Below are positions 48,830 through 58,456 of a stretch of 62,675 nt of DNA, piece after piece; positions within the stretch are counted from its first letter, which is position 1, and the number at the start of each line of letters is the position of its first letter. The translations under genes were made by a program, and so were the position numbers. Source of the stretch: a virus; the IMG/VR virus record IMGVR_UViG_3300022748_000002; one strand, given 5' to 3'. The notes below the pieces were generated by a model that worked only from the letters and a program-made list of their open reading frames with translations, did not search any database and was not told the DNA's origin.

Positions 48830-51322
48830 ATGGCTATTGAACGCAACATCAACTCCGATGACTTGCCAGCAGGCGAAGCGCTGATTGAGTTTGACAAAGA
48901 GGCCGCAGCGCCCGATGTCGAAATCGAAATCGATGACGAAGGCGGCGCGACCGTCAACATCGGCGAGGAAGAAGACGAAAAAGTTGGGTTTGATAGCAAC
49001 TTGGCAGAGGTTTTGGACCCCGGTGTCCTCGCTACGCTGTCCTCGGACCTGCGCTCCCTGTTTGAAGCGGACGAAGCGTCGCGCAAAGAGTGGGAAGAGC
49101 AGTACGGCAAGGGCTTGAAGCTTCTTGGCTTCACGTTTGAAGAGCGCACCAAGCCGTTCAAGGGTGCATGCGGCGTGTCACACCCACTGCTGACCGAATC
49201 CATCGTTCAATTCCAGTCCACTGCACTCAAAGAATTGATGCCGGCCGAGGGTCCTGTGCGCACACAGGTCTTGGGCAAGGAAACACGCGAAAAGTTGGCG
49301 CAAGCAGAGCGCGTGCGCAACTTCATGAACTACCAAATCACCACGGTGATGGAAGAGTACACGCCTGACTTTGATCAGATGCTGTTCTACGTCGGTTACG
49401 GCGGCTCTGCGTTCAAGAAAATCTATTTTGACGAGAACAAGCAGCGCATGGTGAGCCAACTGGTACTCCCAGACAACCTGTACATCCCGTACAACGGCTC
49501 GTCAGTGATGAGCGAGTGCGCGCGGATCACGCACCGCGTGTTCATGACCACCAACGACTACCAAAAAGCAGTCGTGCGCGGTCAGTACCTCGACAACGCG
49601 ATGCCCACCACCTCAGGCGAGGCCGGCCAAAGCATCATCAAGAAGGAAGTCGACCGCACGGTGGGCGTGCAGCCCAACTCGACCGAAGAAGAGATGTCTT
49701 TGCTCGAGTTCCAAGTCGATTTGGACCTCCAAGGCTTCGAGCACAAGGACAAAGAAGGCCAAGAGACCGGTATTGCGCTGCCCTACATCGTCACATTGGA
49801 CGAAACCACGGGTGACGTGGTCGGTGTGCGCCGCAACTGGAAAGAAGGCGACGAAAAGTACGCCCGCAAGCAGTACTACATCCACTATTTGCTCGTTCAG
49901 GGTCCCGGCGCGTACGGTTTGGGCTTCTTGCACCTCATCGGCGGCCTGACAAAGACTTCGACAGCTGCTTTGCAGCAATTGATTGACTCGGGCACGCTCT
50001 CCAACCTGCCAGCAGGCTTCAAGGCCAAGGGCGCGCGCATCATGAACGACGATGTGCCTCTGAGCCCCGGCGAATGGCGTGACATTGACGTGGGCGGTGC
50101 TGATTTGCAGGCATCCATCCTACCGCTACCCTACAAAGAGCCAAGCCAGACCCTCATGGCGCTGTTGGGCTCTTGCGTGGACTCTGGACGCCGCTTGGCC
50201 AGCATCACCGACATGCAAGTCGGCGACAGCAACCAAAATGCAGCCGTGGGCACGACCATCGCATTGCTTGAAAAGGGCAGCGCGGTCATGTCGTCCATCC
50301 ACAAGCGCATGCACTACAGCCAGAAGCTGGAATTCAGCTTACTGGCCAAAGGTTTTGGCGAGTTTTTGCCAGACGAGTACCCATACGACGTGCCCGGCGA
50401 GAGCCGTTGGATCAAGAAGCGTGATTTCGACAACCGCGTCGATGTCCTGCCTGTCTCTGACCCCAACATCTTCTCTGTGGCCCAGCGCATCACCATGGCG
50501 CAGACTCAGCTGCAGCTCGCTCAAAGCGCACCGCAGATGCACAACATGTATGAGGCATACCGCCGCATGTACGAGGCCATCGGCGTGCGCGATATCGACG
50601 ATCTGCTCAATGGCTCCAACGTGGACAAGCCAAAGGACCCTGCAAGCGAGAACGCACAAGTCTTGGACGGTGTGGCGCTCAAGGCGTTTGCCGGCCAGCA
50701 GCACGATTCGCACATCATGGCCCACTTGATGATGGGCATGTCCCCATTGGTGGCCAGCATGCCAAACGTCGCGGTCAATCTGCAAAAGCACGTGTTCGAG
50801 CACATCAAGCTCAAGGCCGAAGAGGAAGTCGAAGCCGAATTGTTCCGCCAGTACGGCGCGGACCCACAAGGCATGGTCTCTGCACTGCAGCGCGAGGCCA
50901 TGATCGCAGTCAAAACGGCCGAGTACTACCAAGAGGCCAAGAAGATGCAATCCGACATGCAGGGCAGCCAAGAAGACCCATTGGTGGGCCTCAAGAAGCA
51001 AGAACTCGACCAGAACGCGCAGCGCGATCAGGCCAAGAGCAAGATCGATCAGGAGCGCGTGGGCTTGGAGCAGCAAAAGCTCCAGCTCGAGCAGCAGACC
51101 GAACAGACCAACCAAGCCGAGACATCTGCCAAGCTCGCCCTAGAGCGCGAGAAGGCTTTTGGCCAGCACGGCATCGAACATCGTCGCATCGACCAACAAG
51201 GGGTACAACATGCCAACCAGCTCACGCACCAAGCCATCCAAAACGCGCAGCAAGTCGCCCAGCAAAATGCTGACCGGTTCACCCAAGCGAACAAAGCCGG
51301 CGAGCCCACAGCAGGACATTAA
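48830..51322 (+). CDS. Portal protein (830 aa)
   Basis: SD AAGGA. Called from size, its position after terL, an acidic N-terminus and a long Gln-rich C-terminal coiled coil. No motif-level proof. Confidence 0.7.
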   Translation: MAIERNINSDDLPAGEALIEFDKEAAAPDVEIEIDDEGGATVNIGEEEDEKVGFDSNLAEVLDPGVLATLSSDLRSLFEADEASRKEWEEQYGKGLKLLGFTFEERTKPFKGACGVSHPLLTESIVQFQSTALKELMPAEGPVRTQVLGKETREKLAQAERVRNFMNYQITTVMEEYTPDFDQMLFYVGYGGSAFKKIYFDENKQRMVSQLVLPDNLYIPYNGSSVMSECARITHRVFMTTNDYQKAVVRGQYLDNAMPTTSGEAGQSIIKKEVDRTVGVQPNSTEEEMSLLEFQVDLDLQGFEHKDKEGQETGIALPYIVTLDETTGDVVGVRRNWKEGDEKYARKQYYIHYLLVQGPGAYGLGFLHLIGGLTKTSTAALQQLIDSGTLSNLPAGFKAKGARIMNDDVPLSPGEWRDIDVGGADLQASILPLPYKEPSQTLMALLGSCVDSGRRLASITDMQVGDSNQNAAVGTTIALLEKGSAVMSSIHKRMHYSQKLEFSLLAKGFGEFLPDEYPYDVPGESRWIKKRDFDNRVDVLPVSDPNIFSVAQRITMAQTQLQLAQSAPQMHNMYEAYRRMYEAIGVRDIDDLLNGSNVDKPKDPASENAQVLDGVALKAFAGQQHDSHIMAHLMMGMSPLVASMPNVAVNLQKHVFEHIKLKAEEEVEAELFRQYGADPQGMVSALQREAMIAVKTAEYYQEAKKMQSDMQGSQEDPLVGLKKQELDQNAQRDQAKSKIDQERVGLEQQKLQLEQQTEQTNQAETSAKLALEREKAFGQHGIEHRRIDQQGVQHANQLTHQAIQNAQQVAQQNADRFTQANKAGEPTAGH

Positions 51323-51436
51323 GTACGTATATCGAAAAGATGCGTTCAAAAAAGTAAAAATTGCGTAACTTTTTGTGCATAATGTGCACACATCCCTCGG
51401 ACAGGGGCCTATCTGTCTGCTTCATTGGAGTTATCC

Positions 51437-51637
51437 ATGCTTGAGTTTGTTGAAAAACTGCACAAAACCATACGAGACCTTGAGCGCGAGACGCAAGAGA
51501 TCGTTGTGGCTGGAAAAGTGCGGGACATGGAGCAGTACAAGTTCCTGATGGGCCGTCTTGAGGGGTACCGATTTGTGAGAGAAGGAATCAATAACCTTCT
51601 TCGCAATAACCCCGACTTACAAGAGGACCAACCATGA
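51437..51637 (+). CDS. Hypothetical protein (66 aa)
   Basis: Track ORF trimmed to ATG 51437, with GGAG 7 nt upstream. Confidence 0.5.
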   Translation: MLEFVEKLHKTIRDLERETQEIVVAGKVRDMEQYKFLMGRLEGYRFVREGINNLLRNNPDLQEDQP

Positions 51638-52107
51638 CTGAACTGACCCCATTGGAGAAAAAGTGGGCGGAGGAACAGGCCGCTGCGGAGCTTGCTGCCG
51701 CAGAGAAGGCCCGAGCCGATGCCATTGCCACTGAAGAGGCTCGCGAAGAGCATCAACAGCAGGTGTCTGACCTGAAAGCACATTTGCCCAAAGCCACTGG
51801 CTGGCGCGTGATTGTGTTGCCGTACCGTGGTGCTCGCAAGACCAAGGGCGGTATTGAACTATCCGATCAAACCCTCGAACGCCAACAACTGACGACCACG
51901 TGCGCGTACGTTCTGGCGGTGGGGGACCTCGCGTACCAAGACAAGGAAAAATTCCCTTCGGGCCCTTGGTGCAAGGAAGGTGATTGGATCATCTTTGGCC
52001 GCTACGCGGGTGCGCGCATGGCCATCGACGGAGGCGAGATTCGCATCTTGAACGATGATGAAATCTTGGCCACCATAAAAGACCCAGAAGACATTCTGCA
52101 TATGTGA
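51634..52107 (+). CDS. GroES/Cpn10-like co-chaperonin domain protein (157 aa)
   Basis: WRVIVLPYRGARKTKGGIELSDQ...AYVLAVGD...KEGDWIIFGRYAGARMAIDGGEIRILNDDEILATI aligns by eye with GroES (RVIV..KT.GGI.L...VLAVG...GD.V.F..Y.G......ILA). It also has a 55-aa Ala/Glu-rich N-terminal extension. Confidence 0.6.
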   Translation: MTELTPLEKKWAEEQAAAELAAAEKARADAIATEEAREEHQQQVSDLKAHLPKATGWRVIVLPYRGARKTKGGIELSDQTLERQQLTTTCAYVLAVGDLAYQDKEKFPSGPWCKEGDWIIFGRYAGARMAIDGGEIRILNDDEILATIKDPEDILHM

Positions 52108-52115
52108 GGTGAGCA

Positions 52116-53060
52116 ATGGCAACAAATTTAATGAACGACGATCAGCTGGAATTTGACCTCGGTGCCGATGAAAAGGCCACCGATGTTTCAGTCCAGAATG
52201 ACGCTGTCGACGAAAAGGGCGGCCAGTCCGCTCCTGCCGTTGAAACAGCGCCAGCTGAACAACAACAAAACGACACTCGCAGTGAGCTCGAGACGGTCAA
52301 CGACGCGGTGCAAAAACGCATCTCCAAGTTGACCGCGCGCATGCGCGAAGCCGAGCGCCGAGAACAAGCGGCAATCGAGTATGCCAAGGGCTTGCAGACG
52401 CAAACCCAAACGCTGCAACAGCGCCTCGTGCAGACCGACTACAGTCGCCTGACCGAAGCCAAAGCACGTTTGGATACGCAGCAAACCGCCCTGCGTGGCA
52501 TCATCACCAAGGCTCGCGAAGAGGGTGATGTACAAACCGAAATCGAAGCACAAGAACGCTTGTCCGCTTTGGTACAGGAACAACGACAAGTTGCGGGCTG
52601 GTTGCAAAACCAAGAGCAAGAGCAGATTGCACAACAGCAACGCCCTGCCCAGCAGCAAGCCCAACAACCAGCACAGCCACAAGCTCCACGTCCTAGCCCC
52701 AAGGCTGAGGCATGGGCATCCAAGAACACTTGGTATGGCCAAAACCGTATGCTGACGTACGGTGCTTGGGGCATCCATCAGTCACTTATTGAGGAAGAGG
52801 GTATTGAACCCGACTCAGAAGAGTACTATACTGAATTGGACCGAAGACTTCGTGATGAATTTCCGAAGCACTTCGCGGATGAGCAATCATCTAACCAATC
52901 TTCCAGACAACAGCGTTCCGCGCCTGCTGTTGCACCTGCCACCCGTAGTTCGGGAATAAATAGTGCGCGCCGAACTGTCCGGTTATCGCCGAGTCAGGTT
53001 GCTATTGCAAAAAAACTGGGTGTTCCTCTCGAGGAATATGCCAAGTACGTAAAGGAGTAA
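52116..53060 (+). CDS. Scaffolding-like protein (314 aa)
   Basis: Gln/Glu-rich coiled coil, positioned upstream of the capsid genes. Confidence 0.55.
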   Translation: MATNLMNDDQLEFDLGADEKATDVSVQNDAVDEKGGQSAPAVETAPAEQQQNDTRSELETVNDAVQKRISKLTARMREAERREQAAIEYAKGLQTQTQTLQQRLVQTDYSRLTEAKARLDTQQTALRGIITKAREEGDVQTEIEAQERLSALVQEQRQVAGWLQNQEQEQIAQQQRPAQQQAQQPAQPQAPRPSPKAEAWASKNTWYGQNRMLTYGAWGIHQSLIEEEGIEPDSEEYYTELDRRLRDEFPKHFADEQSSNQSSRQQRSAPAVAPATRSSGINSARRTVRLSPSQVAIAKKLGVPLEEYAKYVKE

Positions 53061-53064
53061 GAAC

Positions 53065-53544
53065 ATGGGCAAAGAAATCACTATCGACCGCGCAACCCGC
53101 AGCACGACCACTCGTGCCAAAGATGAGCGTCGCAAGCCATGGGCACCACCCTCACGTCTTGACGCACCACCCGCGCCTGAAGGTTACGAGCACCGTTGGA
53201 TTCGTGCAGAAGTCAACGGCCATCAAGACAAGCAGAACGTGTATTCCAAGTTGCGCGAAGGTTATGAACTCGTGCGTTTGGAAGAGTTGCCTGATGAATA
53301 TCAGTCAATGCTCCCTACATTGGAAGAAGGAAAGCATGCTGGCGTAGTAGCCGTTGGTGGACTCTTGCTTGCAAGAATCCCCAAGGAAACGCTACAAGAG
53401 CGCGCAGAGTACTTCCGCCGCAAAGCGCAGGATCAGTTGACGGCAGTGGACAACGAGATGATGCGTGAGAACGCTCACTCTTCAATGCGAATTCAATCAC
53501 CCGAAAGAAGTTCGCGCACAACTTTCCGTCAACCGCAAGGTTGA
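53065..53544 (+). CDS. Head-module protein of unknown function (159 aa)
   Basis: SD AAGGAG. No motif recognised. Confidence 0.5.
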   Translation: MGKEITIDRATRSTTTRAKDERRKPWAPPSRLDAPPAPEGYEHRWIRAEVNGHQDKQNVYSKLREGYELVRLEELPDEYQSMLPTLEEGKHAGVVAVGGLLLARIPKETLQERAEYFRRKAQDQLTAVDNEMMRENAHSSMRIQSPERSSRTTFRQPQG

Positions 53545-53571
53545 TAACCCAAACTCGTAGGAGCTAAACAA

Positions 53572-54159
53572 ATGGCAAACACAAATACGCCTTTTGGTCT
53601 GCGCCCTGTCGGTAACTTGTCAGCCACTGGCGCTCAAAAGCAGTACGGCTACCAAATTGCCAACGGTCAGGCCGGAGCCATCTATCAAGGCGACTTAGTC
53701 GTCGTGTATGACGGTTACATCATCAAGTACGATCCAGCTACACATGCCGCCCCAACAGGCGTCTTCAACGGCTGCCAGTACAACGACCCAACTCGTGCAA
53801 ACAAACCCACTTGGAAGAACTACTACCCCGGTAGCATTACGACCAATGACGGCTTGATCATTTGCGAAGTGTTGGATGACCCCAGCCAATTGTTCTTGGT
53901 GCAAGCTGACGGCTCTGTCGTTGCAGCAAACATCGGCAAGAACGCTGATCCAACCGCTTCCACCACTGGTAGCACAACTTCTGGTGTGTCGAACGGCTCT
54001 TTGAGCTCTGCTTCTATCGCCAAAACCGCCGCATTGACATTCAAGATTGTGGGCATCAGCACCAATCCTGAGAATGCATTTGGCAACTACGCTGTTGTAG
54101 TTGTGAAACTCAACCAACACCAGTACGGTAGCGTCGGTGTTGCATCTGACGGAGCATAA
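53572..54159 (+). CDS. Putative auxiliary/decoration capsid protein (195 aa)
   Basis: SD AGGAG. Immediately upstream of the major capsid gene. The N-terminus MANTNTPFGLRPVG recalls phage structural proteins. Tentative role. Confidence 0.45.
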   Translation: MANTNTPFGLRPVGNLSATGAQKQYGYQIANGQAGAIYQGDLVVVYDGYIIKYDPATHAAPTGVFNGCQYNDPTRANKPTWKNYYPGSITTNDGLIICEVLDDPSQLFLVQADGSVVAANIGKNADPTASTTGSTTSGVSNGSLSSASIAKTAALTFKIVGISTNPENAFGNYAVVVVKLNQHQYGSVGVASDGA

Positions 54160-54161
54160 TC

Positions 54162-55073
54162 ATGGCTATTACACGTTCACAACTTGTTAAAGAGCTGGAA
54201 CCCGGCCTGAACGCTTTGTTCGGCTTGGAGTACAAGCGCTACGAAAACGAGCACGAAGAAATCTTCGCAATCGAGACTTCTGACCGTGCATTCGAAGAAG
54301 AAGTTATGTTGACAGGCTTCGGCTCTGCCCCAGTGAAAACTGAAGGCGCTGGCTTGCAATATGACAACGCAATCGAATCGTTCACTGCTCGCTACACCCA
54401 CGAAACCATCGCCATGGCGTTTGCCCTGACCGAAGAAGCCGTTGAGGACAACCTCTACGACCGTCTGTCTGGCCGTTACACCAAAGCTTTGGCTCGTTCG
54501 ATGGCAAACACCAAGCAGGTCAAAGGCGCTTCTGTGTTGAACAACGCCTTCACTGGCGGTGCTTATGCAGGCGGCGACGGCGTGGCTTTGTGCTCTGACG
54601 CTCACCCAACAGCCTTGGGCCCCAACTTCAGCAACACTCCTGCTGTCCCTGCTGACTTGAACGAGACTTCTCTCGAGCAAGGCATCATCGACGTGGCAGC
54701 GTTCACTGACGAACGTGGCTTGCGCGTGGCTTTGACCGTGCGTAAGATGATCGTTCCTAAGGAACTGCAGTTCACTGCAGAGCGTTTGATGAAGTCCACA
54801 TTGCGTACCGGCACTGCCGATAACGATGTGAACGCCATCAAGTCTATGGGCTTGGTCCCAGAAGGCTACGCTGTCAACCACTTCTTGACAGACACCAACG
54901 CTTGGTTCTTGATCACTGATGCGCCTAACGGCCTGAAGATGTTCGAGCGTTCGCCAATCAAGACTGCTTTCGAAGGCGACTTTGACACTGGTAACGTCCG
55001 TTACAAGGCCCGTGAGCGTTACAGCTTCGGCTGGTCTGACCCACGTGGTATCTACGGTTCTCCCGGCGCGTAA
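54162..55073 (+). CDS. Major capsid protein, Mu gpT-like (303 aa)
   Basis: Length and sequence pattern (LTGFGSAPVKTEGAGLQYD...) resemble Mu-like gpT major head subunits. Followed by the strongest intrinsic terminator in the window. Confidence 0.8.
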   Translation: MAITRSQLVKELEPGLNALFGLEYKRYENEHEEIFAIETSDRAFEEEVMLTGFGSAPVKTEGAGLQYDNAIESFTARYTHETIAMAFALTEEAVEDNLYDRLSGRYTKALARSMANTKQVKGASVLNNAFTGGAYAGGDGVALCSDAHPTALGPNFSNTPAVPADLNETSLEQGIIDVAAFTDERGLRVALTVRKMIVPKELQFTAERLMKSTLRTGTADNDVNAIKSMGLVPEGYAVNHFLTDTNAWFLITDAPNGLKMFERSPIKTAFEGDFDTGNVRYKARERYSFGWSDPRGIYGSPGA

Positions 55074-55090
55074 GCATCGGAAACCTACAA

Positions 55091-55119
55091 AAGGGGCCTT
55101 CGGGCCCCTTTTCTTTTTC
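55091..55119 (+). terminator. Intrinsic terminator after the major capsid gene
   Basis: AAGGGGCC-TTCG-GGCCCCTT followed by TTCTTTTTC. Confidence 0.8.
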
Positions 55120-55227
55120 TGTGGATGGTGTATATTCAAACCATTCCGGGAATTTCCGGTGCTCTGACAGTCCCGGCTGACGACATGCAGACAGACGCAC
55201 CCCAACTCGCATGTGAGGAACACAGAA

Positions 55228-55668
55228 ATGGCACGCACAAGTTTTAACGGCCCAGTAGCATCCGCAAACGGCTTCATCGGTAATTTCACTGGCAACATCA
55301 CCGGTAACGTGACCGGCAACGTCACTGGTAACGTGACGGGCAACGTCACTGGTCTTTTGACTGGTCGCGTACAAAACAGCGTTCAGAACTTGTCTGGCGC
55401 TGGCGCAGCTAACCTGACCACTGGTGTGACTTTCTGTACCTCCACAGGTGCAGGTCAAGTTGTGACTTTGGCCAACGGTACTGCAGGCCAAGCAGGTTTG
55501 CGCAAAACAATCGTTCACGTTGCAGACGGCGGCAGCATCGTTGTGACTCCTGCTACAGCTTCCGGTTTCACTACCGTGACTTTGGCCAACGTCGGCCAAT
55601 CTGTTGACTTGATGTTCACTGGCGCGGCTTGGGTCGTGTTGAGCACCAACGGCGGCACAGTCGCTTAA
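55228..55668 (+). CDS. Structural protein with tandem G-N-x-T repeats (146 aa)
   Basis: Trimmed to ATG 55228. Seven consecutive 12-nt units GNFT GNIT GNVT GNVT GNVT GNVT GLLT (55279-55362). Confidence 0.55.
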   Translation: MARTSFNGPVASANGFIGNFTGNITGNVTGNVTGNVTGNVTGLLTGRVQNSVQNLSGAGAANLTTGVTFCTSTGAGQVVTLANGTAGQAGLRKTIVHVADGGSIVVTPATASGFTTVTLANVGQSVDLMFTGAAWVVLSTNGGTVA

Positions 55669-55680
55669 TAGGAGCCCACC

Positions 55681-55980
55681 ATGAGTGGCTTTCAGTACGA
55701 CGTAAAAGCGAAAACGATGACCAGCACTGGCGCGACCAGTGTTGGTCAGCCCCGTGCTCGCATCAAAGCAGTCTACTTCGTTCCCGGCGCATCCGTGGGC
55801 TCCGTTTCGTTTAAAAACGGCGGTTCCTCTGGCGCTGAGTTGCTGAAGTTTGACACACCGGCCAACACGACAGGCACTGGCTGCATGTACGCATTGATCC
55901 CCGGTGACGGTGTCCGCTTCGAAGCAGACCCCTATCTCACTCTCACGAACGTGACCTCCGTTACGTTCTTCTACGGTTAA
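55681..55980 (+). CDS. Hypothetical structural-module protein (99 aa)
   Basis: SD AGGAG. Confidence 0.55.
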   Translation: MSGFQYDVKAKTMTSTGATSVGQPRARIKAVYFVPGASVGSVSFKNGGSSGAELLKFDTPANTTGTGCMYALIPGDGVRFEADPYLTLTNVTSVTFFYG

Positions 55981-55990
55981 GGAGTCCATC

Positions 55991-56176
55991 ATGGGACGTG
56001 CAGCAAAAATGGCAGATGACCAATATCAAGGCGAAGTGCAACCTCATGCACAGAAGCAAGATATGAGCAAAGGTGGCCCTAAGCAGACCCCACGCAAGAA
56101 CTACCAAGCCCCAAGTGGCTCGGTGGCTCCTCGCGGCGTAGGCCAAGCTCGCAACAAACAGTGCAAGATGTATTGA
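55991..56176 (+). CDS. Hypothetical basic protein (61 aa)
   Basis: SD AAGGAG. Confidence 0.45.
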   Translation: MGRAAKMADDQYQGEVQPHAQKQDMSKGGPKQTPRKNYQAPSGSVAPRGVGQARNKQCKMY

Positions 56177-56177
56177 C

Positions 56178-56441
56178 ATGGAAATGTGGGTATGGAACGC
56201 CGCCTTGTCAATCATCCTAGCCCTTGTTGGCTGGGGTGTGCGCACAAAGGATAAGCAACTTGAGGTCATGGACGAAGAGGTCAAGCGCCTCCAAGTCCTG
56301 CTCAATCGCACTCGTGAAGAGATAGCAAAAGAGTACGTCACCAAGAGCGAAGTGCATACCGACATCAACCGTGTATTGGACCGTTTAGAGCGACTCGATA
56401 CCAAACTGGACAGGCTAATGGAGGCTCGACATGCCAGCTAA
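56178..56441 (+). CDS. N-terminal TM plus coiled-coil protein (87 aa)
   Basis: WVWNAALSIILALVGWGV followed by a charged helix. Starts 1 nt after the upstream stop. Confidence 0.5.
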   Translation: MEMWVWNAALSIILALVGWGVRTKDKQLEVMDEEVKRLQVLLNRTREEIAKEYVTKSEVHTDINRVLDRLERLDTKLDRLMEARHAS

Positions 56442-56787
56442 GTCAGCAAAGCAAAAGCGTTTGATGGACGCAGCGGCGCACAACCCTGCATTCGCCAAGA
56501 AAGTGGGCATTCCTTCCAAGGTTGCCAAAGAGTTTAGCGAGGCCAGCAAAGGCCAAAAATTCAGGAAAGGCGGTGACGCTATGAAAAATTGTTACGCAAA
56601 AGGCGGCTTGGCCAAAAAAGGCGAAGGCGTTGCCAAAAAGGGTTTTGCAGGCGGCGGCATGGTGTCTGGCATGGGTCAATCCCAAGGTCGCACATTGAGC
56701 ACTCCTGTGAAAACTACCGTACCCGGTGACACAGTTCAGGTTCGCGGTGTGGGCGCTGCTCGCTCACGTGTTGCACGCATCTACTAA
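56431..56787 (+). CDS. Basic protein (118 aa), DUF3008-like N-terminus
   Basis: SD GGAGG. KSAKQKRLMDAAAHNPAFAKKVGIPSKVAKEF recalls a small phage protein family. Contains AKGGLA and FAGGGMV motifs. Confidence 0.55.
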   Translation: MPAKSAKQKRLMDAAAHNPAFAKKVGIPSKVAKEFSEASKGQKFRKGGDAMKNCYAKGGLAKKGEGVAKKGFAGGGMVSGMGQSQGRTLSTPVKTTVPGDTVQVRGVGAARSRVARIY

Positions 56788-56790
56788 GCC

Positions 56791-57468
56791 ATGACCACTT
56801 CAGGCGTAGCCGACTTCGACCTGCAGTTCGATGACATGATTGCCGAGGCGTATGAACGCTGCGGCATTGAAGTCAGGGACGGCTACGACATGAAGACGGC
56901 GTTGCGCTCGCTCAACCTGATGTTTGCCGAATGGGCGAACCGCGGGTTGAACTTGTGGACGATTGAGCAGCGACAGCAGGTGCTGACGGCGGGCGTGTAC
57001 GAATACAACCTGCCTTCAGACACGGTCAACGCGCTCTCTGGGGTCATTCGCACGAATTCTGGCTTGCCCACCCAGCAAGACATCACGATTGACCGCATCA
57101 GCCGCGCAGAGTGGCTGCATATCCCGAACAAGAACACACAGTCGCGCCCCGCGCAGTACTACGTGCAGCGTTCAGTGCCCACCACGGTGTATTTTTACCC
57201 CGCCCCGGATGCCACCCAAGAGTGGACATTCGTGTACTACGCCATTCGCCGCATCGAAAATGCGGGCACGTACCTCAACACGGCCGACATTGTTTTCCGC
57301 TTCCTCCCAGCTTTGACAGCGGGTCTGGCGTTCCATTTGTCGGTCAAGAAGGCCCCTGATCGCATGCAGATGCTCAAGGCGCTGTACGAAGAAGAATTTG
57401 CCCGCGCAGCAACTGAAGACCGAGACACCGCAAGTGTCTTCTTGGTCCCAACTTACACCTCGAGGTAA
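56791..57468 (+). CDS. Putative head-tail adaptor/completion protein (225 aa)
   Basis: Called from its position between the head and tail genes. No motif-level support. Confidence 0.5.
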   Translation: MTTSGVADFDLQFDDMIAEAYERCGIEVRDGYDMKTALRSLNLMFAEWANRGLNLWTIEQRQQVLTAGVYEYNLPSDTVNALSGVIRTNSGLPTQQDITIDRISRAEWLHIPNKNTQSRPAQYYVQRSVPTTVYFYPAPDATQEWTFVYYAIRRIENAGTYLNTADIVFRFLPALTAGLAFHLSVKKAPDRMQMLKALYEEEFARAATEDRDTASVFLVPTYTSR

Positions 57469-57470
57469 GC

Positions 57471-57806
57471 ATGGGAGCAGGGTACGCTTCTGGCAAATTT
57501 GCGATAGCGCTGTGCGATCAATGCGGACAGCGCTACAAGCTTTTGACGCTCATCAAGGACTGGAAGGGCTTCAAGGTTTGTCCAGAATGCTACGAGCCAA
57601 AGCATCCTCAACTTGAGCCCAAGCGCAACATCACAGAGCCGCAGGCGCTGTACCAGCCCCGCCCAGAAAAGCGGATGGCATTGACCGTGTACGTGGGTGA
57701 AACTTCTGACACATCCTTCGCGAGCATTGGTATGATGCCAATGCCTCCCTCAAAACAGCTTGCAGCAACTGGCCTGCTTGCCCAAGTGACGGTGCAGATA
57801 TCATGA
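57471..57806 (+). CDS. Zinc-ribbon protein (111 aa)
   Basis: CDQCG...CPEC. SD GAGGT. Confidence 0.5.
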   Translation: MGAGYASGKFAIALCDQCGQRYKLLTLIKDWKGFKVCPECYEPKHPQLEPKRNITEPQALYQPRPEKRMALTVYVGETSDTSFASIGMMPMPPSKQLAATGLLAQVTVQIS

Positions 57807-58453
57807 ACTACGCCCAACTCATCGCCTCTATTCAGGACTACACCGAGAACACGTTCACGGATGTCGAGTTGCAGACGTTTGTTCAGCAGGCAGAGCAACG
57901 CATCTACAACGCTGTTCAGTTGGCCAACTTGCGCAAGAACGTGACGGGCACGTTGACGATGCACAACAAGTATCTCAACACCCCAGCAGACTTCTTGTCG
58001 GTGTACGAGCTGTCCGTCATTGATGACAATGGCGACTATCACTACATGCTGGACAAGGACGTGAGCTTCATGCGGGAAGTGTTTCCCTCAGCCTCGTTCT
58101 ATGACCTGCCCAAGTACTATGCCATCTTTGGCCCGGTCTACAACCAGCAGACAGAGCTGTCGCTAATTGTGGGCCCCACACCAGACAAGTCGTACTCGGT
58201 TGAACTGCACTACTATTACTACCCAGAATCGATTGTCACCGCCAACACCACATGGCTGGGCGACAACTTTGACAGCGTGCTGTTGTACGGCTCGTTGGTG
58301 GAAGCCTACACCTTTATGAAGGGTGAGCAAGACATGATGGCCATCTATGATGGCAAGTACAAAGAAGCGCTTGCATTGCTCCAGAACTTGGGCGAAGGCA
58401 AACAGCGCGGTGACGCATACCGCGATGGCCAAATCAAGATTCCAGCGAGGTAA
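57803..58453 (+). CDS. Structural-module protein (216 aa), possible connector component
   Basis: ATGA overlap. Role is positional inference only. Confidence 0.5.
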   Translation: MNYAQLIASIQDYTENTFTDVELQTFVQQAEQRIYNAVQLANLRKNVTGTLTMHNKYLNTPADFLSVYELSVIDDNGDYHYMLDKDVSFMREVFPSASFYDLPKYYAIFGPVYNQQTELSLIVGPTPDKSYSVELHYYYYPESIVTANTTWLGDNFDSVLLYGSLVEAYTFMKGEQDMMAIYDGKYKEALALLQNLGEGKQRGDAYRDGQIKIPAR

Positions 58454-58456
58454 TAC

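Noticed and set aside
51374-51390. TGTGCA-TAA-TGTGCACA (direct repeat plus 8-bp palindrome) downstream of the portal gene, as a late promoter or operator.
   Set aside because: I could not place acceptable -35 and -10 hexamers at a proper spacing. An isolated short motif is insufficient evidence.
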